Positions 1-8,839 of a DNA stretch of 12,000 nt are shown piece by piece (position 1 is the first letter of the stretch; every line of letters begins with the position of its first letter). Made by a program: the position numbers and the translations under genes. Under the pieces are notes generated by a model. It saw only the letters and a list, made by a program, of their open reading frames with translations. It was not told the origin of the DNA and ran no database searches. The DNA is taken from assembly GCA_964016885.1 (NCBI GenBank), contig CAXHJY010000698.1:1-12000 (forward strand). The letters run 5' to 3'. This DNA is from Eledone cirrhosa (Eukaryota).

Positions 1-1264
1 GTAGGTGTTAGTGTGTAGGTAGGCGTTAGTGTGTAGGTAGGTGGTGGTGTGTAGGTAGGTGGTAGTGTGTAGGTAGGTGGTAGTGTGTAGGTAGGTGGTA
101 GTGTGTAGGTAGGTGGTAGTGTGTTAGTAGGTGTGTGTAGGTAGGTGGTAGTGTGTAGGTAGGTGGTAGTGTGTGTAGGTAGGTGGTGGTGTGTAGGTAG
201 GTGGTAGTGTGTAGGTAGGCGTTAGTGTGTAGGTAGGTGGTGGTGTGTAGGTAGGTGGTAGTGTGTAGGTAGGTGTTAGTGTGTAGGTAGGTGGTAGTGT
301 GTAGGTAGGTGTTAGTGTGTAGGTAGGTGGTAGTGTGTAGGTAGGTGGTGGTGTGTAGGTAGGTGGTAGTGTGTAGGTAGGTGGTAGTGTGTAGGTAGGT
401 GGTAGTGTGTGTAGGTAGGTGGTAGTGTGTAGGTAGGTGGTAGTGTGTAGGTAGGTGGTAGTGTGTAGGTAGGTGGTAGTGTGTGTAGGTAGGTGGTAGT
501 GTGTGTAGGTAGGTGGTAGTGTGTAGGTAGGTGGTAGTGTGTGTAGGTAGGTGGTAGTGTGTAGGTAGGTGGTAGTGTGTGTAGGTAGGTGGTAGTGTGT
601 GTAGGTAGGTGGCAGTGTGTAGGTAGGTGGTAGTGTGTAGGTAGGTGGTAGTGTGTAGGTAGGTGGTAGTGTGTGTAGGTAGGTGGTAGTGTGTGTAGGT
701 AGGTGTTAGTGTGTAGGTAGGTGGTAGTGTGTGTAGGTAGGTGGTGGTGTGTAGGTAGGTGGTGGTGTGTAGGTAGGTGGTAGTGTGTAGGTAGGTGGTA
801 GTGTGTGTAGGTAGGTGGTAGTGTGTGTAGGTAGGTGGTAGTGTGTAGGTAGGTGGTAGTGTGTGTAGGTAGGTGGTAGTGTGTAGGTAGGTGGTAGTGT
901 GTGTAGGTAGGTGGTAGTGTGTAGGTAGGTGGTAGTGTGTAGGTAGGTGGTAGTGTGTAGGTAGGTGGTAGTGTGTGTAGGTAGGTGGTAGTGTGTGTAG
1001 GTAGGTGGTGGTGTGTAGGTAGGTGGTGGTGTGTAGGTAGGTGGTAGTGTGTAGGTAGGTGGTAGTGTGTGTAGGTAGGTGGTAGTGTGTGTAGGTAGGT
1101 GGTAGTGTGTAGGTAGGTGGTAGTGTGTGTAGGTAGGTGGTAGTGTGTAGGTAGGTGGTAGTGTGTAGGTAGGTGGTAGTGTGTAGGTAGGTGGTAGTGT
1201 GTAGGTAGGTGGTAGTGTGTAGGTAGGTGGTAGTGTGTAGGTAGGTGGTAGTGTGTAGGTAGGT

Positions 1265-1712
1265 GGTAGTGGGTGAAGGTAGGTGGTAGTGTGTAGGTAG
1301 GTAGTAGTGTGTGTAGGTAGGTGGTAGTGTGTAGGTAGGTGGTAGTGTGTAGGTAGGTGGTAGTGTGTAGGTAGGTGGTAGTGTGTAGGTAGGTGGTAGT
1401 GTGTAGGTAGGTGGTTTTGTGTGTAGGTAGGTGGTAGTGTGTGTAGGTAGGTGGTAGTGTGTAGGTAGGTAGTAGTGTGTGTAGGTAGGTGGTAGTGTGT
1501 GTAGGTAGGTGGTAGTGTGTAGGTAGGTGGTAGTGTGTGTAGGTAGGTGGTAGTGTGTAGGTAGGTAGTAGTGTGTGTAGGTAGGTGGTAGTGTGTAGGT
1601 AGGTGGTAGTGTGTGTAGGTAGGTGGTAGTGTGTAGGTAGGTAGTAGTGTGTGTAGGTAGGTGGTAGTGGGTGAAGGTAGGTGGTAGTGTGTAGGTAGGT
1701 AGTAGTGTGTGT
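1265..1712. repeat. Variant sub-domain marked by GTAGTAG units and two GGGTGAAGG units
   Basis: GTAGTAG replaces GTGGTAG at about 1301, 1469, 1565, 1641 and 1699. GGGTGAAGG occurs at 1271 and 1669 only. Confidence 0.85.
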
Positions 1713-2564
1713 AGGTAGGTGGTAGTGTGTAGGTAGGTGGTAGTGTGTAGGTAGGTGGTAGTGTGTAGGTAGGTGGTGGTGTGTAGGTAGGTGGTAGTGT
1801 GTAGGTAGGTGGTAGTGTGTGTAGGTAGGTGGTAGTGTGTAGGTAGGTGGTAGTGTGTAGGTAGGTGGTAGTGTGTAGGTAGGTGGTAGTGTGTAGGTAG
1901 GTGGTAGTGTGTGTAGGTAGGTGGTAGTGTGTGTAGGTAGGTGGTAGTGTGTAGGTAGGTGGTAGTGTGTAGGTAGGTGGTAGTGTGTAGGTAGGTGGTA
2001 GTGTGTAGGTAGGTGGTAGTGTGTGTAGGTAGGTGGTAGTGTGTGTAGGTAGGTGGTAGTGTGTAGGTAGGTGGTAGTGTGTGTAGGTAGGTGGTAGTGT
2101 GTAGGTAGGTGGTAGTGTGTAGGTATGTGGTAGTGTGTAGGTAGGTGGTAGTGTGTAGGTAGGTGGTAGTGTGTAGGTATGTGGTAGTGTGTAGGTAGGT
2201 GGTAGTGTGTAGGTATGTGGTAGTGTGTAGGTAGGTGGTAGTGTGTAGGTAGGTGGTAGTGTGTAGGTAGGTGTTAGTGTGTAGGTAGGTGGTAGTGTGT
2301 GTAGGTAGGTGGTAGTGTGTAGGTAGGTGGTAGTGTGTGTAGGTAGGTGCTAGTGTGTAGGTAGGTGGTAGTGTGTAGGTAGGTGGTAGTGTGTAGGTAG
2401 GTGGTAGTGTGTAGGTAGGTGGTAGTGTGTGTAGGTAGGTGGTAGTGTGTAGGTAGGTGGTAGTGTGTAGGTAGGTGGTAGTGTGTAGGTAGGTGGTAGT
2501 GTGTGTAGGTAGGTGGTAGTGTGTAGGTAGGTAGTAGTGTGTGTAGGTAGGTGGTAGTGTGTAG

Positions 2565-3040
2565 GTAGGTGTTAGTGTGTAGGTAGGTGTTAGTGTGTAG
2601 GTAGGTGTTAGTGTGTGTAGGTAGATGTTAGTGTGTAGGTAGGTGTTAGTGTGTAGGTAGGTGTTAGTGTGTGTAGGTAGGTGTTAGTGTGTAGGTAGGT
2701 GGTAGTGTGTAGGTAGGTGTTAGTGTGTAGGTAAGTGGTAGTGTGTAGGTAGGTGTTAGTGTGTAGGTAGGTGGTAGTGTGTAGGTAGGTGGTAGTGTGT
2801 AGGTAGGTGGTAGTGTGTGTAGGTAGGTGGTAGTGTGTAGGTAGGTAGTAGTGTGTGTAGGTAGGTGGTAGTGTGTAGGTAGGTGTTAGTGTGTAGGTAG
2901 GTGGTAGTGTGTAGGTAGGTGGTAGTGTGTAGGTAGGTGTTAGTGTGTAGGTAGGTGTTAGTGTGTAGGTAGGTGTTAGTGTGTGTAGGTAGGTGTTAGT
3001 GTGTAGGTAGGTGTTAGTGTGTAGGTAGGTGTTAGTGTGT
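2565..3040. repeat. Variant sub-domain rich in GTGTTAG units (left block)
   Basis: Runs of GTGTTAG units lie at about 2570-2760 and 2880-3035, including the rare GTAGATGTTAG (2621) and GTAAGTGG (2731) units. Confidence 0.85.
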
Positions 3041-3429
3041 AGGTAGGTGGTAGTGTGTAGGTAGGTGGTAGTGTGTAGGTAGGTGGTAGTGTGTAGGTAG
3101 GTGGTAGTGTGTAGGTAGGTGGTAGTGTGTAGGTAGGTGGTAGTGTGTAGGTAGGTGGTAGTGTGTGTAGGTAGGTGGTAGTGTGTAGGTAGGTGGTAGT
3201 GTGTAGGTAGGTGGCAGTGTGTAGGTAGGTGGTAGAGTGTAGGTAGGTGTTAGTGTGTGTAGGTAGGTGTTAGTGTGTAGGTAGGTGGTAGTGTGTAGGT
3301 AGGTGGTAGTGTGTAGGTAGGTGGTAGTGTGTGTAGGTAGGTGGTAGTGTGTAGGTAGGTGGTAGTGTGTGTAGGTAGGTGGTAGTGTGTGTAGGTAGGT
3401 GGTAGTGTGTAGGTAGGTGGTAGTGTGTG

Positions 3430-3755
3430 GGTAGGTGGTGGTGTGTAGGTAGGTGGTAGTGTGTAGGTAGGTGGTAGTGTGTAGGTAGGTGGTAGTGTGT
3501 AGGTAGGTGGTAGTGTGTAGGCAGGTGGTGGTGTGTAGGTAGGTGGTGGTGTGTAGGTAGGTGGTGGTGTGTAGGTAGGTGGTGGTGTGTAGGTAGGTGG
3601 TAGTGTGTAGGTAGGTGGTGGTGTGTAGGTAGGTGGTAGTGTGTGTAGGTAGGTGGTAGTGTGTAGGTAGGTGGTGGTGTGTAGGTAGGTGGTAGTGTGT
3701 AGGTAGGTGGTAGTGTGTAGGTAGGTGGTAGTGTGTAGGTAGGTGGTGGTGTGTA
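3430..3755. repeat. Variant sub-domain rich in GTGGTGG units
   Basis: The A>G variant GTGGTGGTGT clusters at about 3435, 3525-3590 (four consecutive units), 3615, 3671 and 3743. Confidence 0.8.
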
Positions 3756-4380
3756 GGTAGGTGGTAGTGTGTAGGTAGGTGGTAGTGTGTAGGTAGGTGG
3801 TAGTGTGTGTAGGTAGGTGGTAGTGTGTAGGTAGGTGGTAGTGTGTAGGTAGGTGGTAGTGTGTAGGTAGGTGGTAGTGTGTAGGTAGGTGGTAGTGTGT
3901 GTAGGTAGGTGGTAGTGTGTGTAGGTAGGTGGTAGTGTGTGTAGGTAGGTGGTAGTGTGTAGGTAGGTGGTAGTGTGTGTAGGTAGGTGGTAGTGTGTGT
4001 AGGTAGGTGGTAGTGTGTAGGTAGGTGGTAGTGTGTGTAGGTAGGTGGTAGTGTGTAGGTAGGTGGTAGTGTGTGTAGGTAGGTGGTAGTGTGTAGGTAG
4101 GTGGTGGTGTGTAGGTAGTTGGTAGTGTGTAGGTAGGTGGTAGTGTGTAGGTAGGTGGTAGTGTGTGTAGGTAGGTGGTAGTGTGTGTAGGTAGGTGGTA
4201 GTGTGTAGGTAGGTGGTAGTGTGTGTAGGTAGGTGGTAGTGTGTAGGTAGGTGGTAGTGTGTGTAGGTAGGTGGTAGTGTGTGTAGGTAGGTGGTAGTGT
4301 GTAGGTAGGTGGTAGTGTGTGTAGGTAGGTGGTAGTGTGTAGGTAGGTGGTAGTGTGTGTAGGTAGGTGGTAGTGTGTAG

Positions 4381-7300
4381 GTAGGTTGTAGTGTGTAGGT
4401 AGGTGGTAGTGTGTAGCTAGGTTGTAGTGTGTAGGTAGGTTGTAGTGTGTGTAGGTAGGTGGTAGTGTGTAGGTAGGTGGTAGTGTGTGTAGGTAGGTGG
4501 TAGTGTGTGTAGGTAGGTGTTAGTGTGTAGGTAGGTTGTAGTGTGTGTAGGTAGGTGGTAGTGTGTAGGTAGGTGGTAGTGTGTGTAGGTAGGTGGTAGT
4601 GTGTAGGTAGGTGGTAGTGTGTGTAGGTAGGTGTTAGTGTGTAGGTAGGTTGTAGTGTGTGTAGGTAGGTGGTAGTGTGTAGGTAGGTGGTAGTGTGTGT
4701 AGGTAGGTGGTAGTGTGTAGGTAGGTGGTAGTGTGTAGGTAGGTTGTAGTCTGTAGGTAGGTTGTAGTGTGTGTAGGTAGGTGTTAGTGTGTAGGTAGGT
4801 TGTAGTGTGTGTAGGTAGGTGGTAGTGTGTAGGTAGGTGGTAGTGTGTAGGTAGGTGGTAGTGTGTAGGTAGGTGGTAGTGTGTAGGTAGGTGGTAGTGT
4901 GTGTAGGTAGGTGGTAGTGTGTAGGTAGGTGGTAGTGTGTGTAGGTAGGTGGTAGTGTGTAGGTAGGTGGTAGTGTGTAGGTAGGTGGTAGTGTGTAGGT
5001 AGGTGGTAGTGTGTAGGTAGGTGGTAGTGTGTGTAGGTAGGTGGTAGTGTGTGTAGGTAGGTGGTAGTGTGTAGGTAGGTGGTAGTGTGTAGGTAGGTTG
5101 TAGTGTGTGTAGGTAGGTGGTAGTGTGTGTAGGTAGGTGGTAGTGTGTAGGTAGGTGGTAGTGTGTAGGTAGGTGTAGTGTGTGTAGGTAGGGTGGTAGT
5201 GTGTGTAGGTAGGTGGTAGTGTGTAGGTAGGTGGTAGTGTGTGTAGGTAGGTGGTAGTGTGTAGGTAGGTGGTAGTGTGTAGGTAGGTTGTAGTGTGTAG
5301 GTAGGTGGTAGTGTGTAGGTAGGTGGTAGTGTGTAGGTAGGTGGTAGTGTGTGTAGGTAGGTGGTAGAGTGTAGGTAGGTGGTAGTGTGTGTAGGTAGGT
5401 GGTAGTGTGTAGGTAGGTGGTAGTGTGTAGGTAGGTGGTAGTGTGTAGGTAGGTGGTAGTGTGTAGGTAGGTGGTAGTGTGTGTAGGTAGGTGGTAGTGT
5501 GTGTAGGTAGGTGGTAGTGTGTAGGTAGGTGGTAGTGTGTGTAGGTAGGTGGTAGTGTGTAGGTAGGTGGTAGTGTGTGTAGGTAGGTGGTAGTGTGTAG
5601 GTAGGTGGTGGTGTGTAGGTAGGTGGTAGTGTGTAGGTAGGTGGTAGTGTGTGTAGGTAGGTGGTAGTGTGTAGGTAGGTGGTAGTGTGTAGGTAGGTGG
5701 TAGTGTGTAGGTAGGTGGTAGTGTGTAGGTAGGTGGTAGTGTGTGTAGGTAGGTGGTAGTGTGTGTAGGTAGGTGGTAGTGTGTAGGTAGGTGGTAGTGG
5801 TGTAGGTAGGTGGTAGTGTGTAGGTAGGTGGTAGTGTGTAGGTAGGTGGTAGTGTGTAGGTAGGTGGTTGTGTGTAGGTAGGTGGTAGTGTGTAGGTAGG
5901 TGGTAGTGTGTAGGTAGGTGGTAGTGTGTGTAGGTAGGTGGTAGTGTGTGTAGGTAGGTGGTAGTGTGTAGGTAGGTGGTAGTGTGTGTAGGTAGGTGGT
6001 AGTGTGTAGGTAGGTGGTAGTGTGTGTAGGTAGGTGGTAGTGTGTAGGTAGGTGGTAGTGTGTAGGTAGGTGGTAGTGTGTAGGTAGGTGGTAGTGTGTA
6101 GGTAGGTTGTAGTGTGTAGGTAGGTTGTAGTGTGTAGGTAGGTTGTAGTGTGTAGGTAGGTTGGTAGTGTGTAGGTAGGTTGTAGTGTGTAGGTAGGTGG
6201 TAGTGTGTAGGTAGGTTGTAGTGTGTGTAGGTAGGTGGTAGTGTGTAGGTAGGTGGTAGTGTGTAGGTAGGTGGTAGTGTGTAGGTAGGTGGTAGTGTGT
6301 AGGTAGGTGGTAGTGTGTAGGTAGGTGGTAGTGTGTAGGTAGGTGGTAGTGTGTAGGTAGGTGGTAGTGTGTAGGTAGGTGTAGTGTGTGTAGGTAGGTG
6401 GTAGTGTGTAGGTAGGTTGTAGTGTGTAGGTAGGTGGTAGTGTGTAGGTAGGTGGTAGTGTGTGTAGGTAGGTGGTAGTGTGTAGGTAGGTGGTAGTGTG
6501 TGTAGGTAGGTGGTAGTGTGTGTAGGTAGGTGGTAGTGTGTAGGTAGGTGGTAGTGTGTAGGTAGGTGGTAGTGTGTAGGTAGGTGGTAGTGTGTAGGTA
6601 GGTGGTAGTGTGTAGGTAGGTTGGTAGTGTGTAGGTAGGTTGTAGTGTGTAGGTAGGTGGTAGTGTGTGTAGGTAGGTGGTAGTGTGTAGGTAGGTGGTG
6701 TGTGTGTAGGTAGGTGGTAGTGTGTAGGTAGGTTGGTAGTGTGTGTAGGTAGGTGTAGTGTGTAGTGGTGGTAGTGTGGTAGGTAGGTGGTAGTGTGTAG
6801 GTAGGTGTAGTGTGTGTAGGTAGGTGGTAGTGTGTAGGTAGGTGGTAGTGTGTGTAGGTAGGTGGTAGTGTGTAGGTAGGTGGTAGTGTGTGTAGGTAGG
6901 TGGTAGTGTGTGTAGGTAGGTGGTAGTGTGTAGGTAGGTGGTAGTGTGTAGGTAGGTGGTAGTGTGTAGGTAGGTGGTAGTGTGTAGGTAGGTGGTAGTG
7001 TGTAGGTAGGTTGTAGTGTGTAGGTAGGTTGTAGTGTGTAGGTAGGTGGTAGTGTGTGTAGGTAGGTGGTAGTGGTGTAGGTAGGTGGTAGTGTGTAGGT
7101 AGTGTGGTAGTGTGTAGGTAGGTGGTAGTGTGTAGGTAGGTGGTAGTGTGTTGGTAGGTGGTAGTGTGTAGGTAGGTGGTAGTGTGTGTAGGTAGGTGGT
7201 AGTGTGTAGGTAGGTTGTAGTGTGTAGGTAGGTTGTAGTGTGTAGGTAGGTGGTAGTGTGTGTAGGTAGGTGGTAGTGTGTAGGTAGGTGGTAGTGTGTG

Positions 7301-8055
7301 TAGGTAGGTGGTAGTGTGTAGGTAGGTGGTAGTGTGGTAGGTAGGGTGGTAGTGTGTAGGTAGGTGGTAGTGTGTGGTAGGTGGTGGTGTGTAGGTAGGT
7401 GGTAGTGTGTAGGTAGGTGGTAGTGTGTGTAGGTAGGTGGTAGTGTGTAGGTAGGTGGTAGTGTGGTAGGTAGGTGGTTAGTGTGTAGGTAGGTGGTAGT
7501 GTGTAGGTAGGTGGTAGGTGTGTAGGTAGGTGGTAGTGTGTAGGTAGGTGGTAGTGTGTAGGTAGGTGGTAGTGTGTGTAGGGTAGGTGGTAGTGTGTAG
7601 GTAGGTGGTAGTGTGTAGGTAGGTTGTAGTGTGTAGGTAGGTGGTAGTGTGTAGGTAGGTGGTAGTGTGTAGGTAGGTGGTAGTGTGTAGGTAGGTGGTA
7701 GTGTGTAGGTAGGTGGTAGTGTGTAGGTAGGTGGTAGTGTGTAGGTAGGTGGTAGTGTGTAGGTAGGTGGTAGTGTGTAGGTAGGTGGTAGTGTGTAGGT
7801 AGGTGGTAGTGTGTGTAGGTAGGTGGTAGTGTGTAGGTAGGTGGTAGTGTGTAGGTAGGTGGTAGTTTGTGTAGGTAGGTGGTAGTGTGTAGGTAGGTGG
7901 TAGTGTGTGTAGGTAGGTGGTAGTGTGTAGGTAGGTGGTAGTGTGTGTAGGTAGGTGGTAGTGTGTAGGTAGGTGGTAGTGTGTAGGTAGGTGGTAGTGT
8001 GTAGGTAGGTGTAGTGTGTAGGTAGGTGGTAGTGTGTAGGTAGGTTGTAGTGTGT
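4381..8055. repeat. Variant sub-domain marked by GTTGTAG units
   Basis: GTTGTAG first appears at about 4385 and recurs at 4421-4805, about 5097, 5287, 6106-6220, 6416, 6640, 7010-7035, 7214-7238, 7623 and 8044. I did not see it before 4380, and it reappears only after about 11650. Confidence 0.8.
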
Positions 8056-8839
8056 GTAGGTAGGTGGTAGTGTGTAGGTAGGTGGTAGTGTGTAGGTAGG
8101 TGGTAGTGTGTAGGTAGGTGGTAGTGTGTAGGTAGGTGGTAGTGTGTAGGTAGGTGGTAGTGTGTAGGTAGGTGGTAGTGTGTGTAGGTAGGTGGTAGTG
8201 TGTAGGTAGGTGTGTAGTGTGTAGGTAGGTGGTAGTGTGTAGGTAGGTGGTAGTGTGTAGGTAGGTGGTAGTGTGTAGGTAGGTGGTAGTGTGTAGGTAG
8301 GTGGTAGTGTGTGTAGGTAGGTGGTAGTGTGTGTAGGTAGGTGGTAGTGTGTAGGTAGGTGGTAGTGTGTGTAGGTAGGTGGTAGTGGTGTAGGTAGGTG
8401 GTAGTGTGTAGGTAGGTGGTAGTGTGTAGGTAGGTGGTAGTGTGTAGGTAGGTGTAGTGTGTGTAGGTAGGTGGTAGTGTGTAGGTAGGTGGTAGTGTGT
8501 GTAGGTAGGTGGTAGTGTGTAGGTAGGTGGTAGTGGTGTAGGTAGGTGGTAGTGTGTAGGTAGGTGGTAGTGTGTAGGTAGGTGGTAGTGTGTAGGTAGG
8601 TGGTAGTGTGTAGGTAGGTGGTAGTGTGTAGGTAGGTGGTGGTGTGTAGGTAGGTGGTAGTGTGTAGGTAGGTGGTAGTGTGTGTAGGTAGGTGGTAGTG
8701 TGTAGGTAGGTGGTAGTGTGTAGGTAGGTGGTAGTGTGTGTAGGTAGGTGGTAGTGTGTAGGTAGGTGGTAGTGTGTTGGTAGGTGGTAGGTGTGTAGGT
8801 AGGTGGTAGTGTGTAGGTAGGTGGTAGTGGTGTAGGTAG

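Noticed and set aside
3231-5370. GTAGAGT variant at about 3232 and 5364, and GGCAG at 611 and 3213, as duplication markers
   Set aside because: These are single-base variants whose neighbouring units do not match, so recurrence or error cannot be distinguished from duplication.
4787-7477. Long stop-free - strand frames as a Thr/Pro/His/Tyr-rich repeat protein CDS
   Set aside because: There is no start codon, all three frames are equally open, frequent 2-bp and 1-bp length changes do not preserve frame, and there is no third-position-biased variation.
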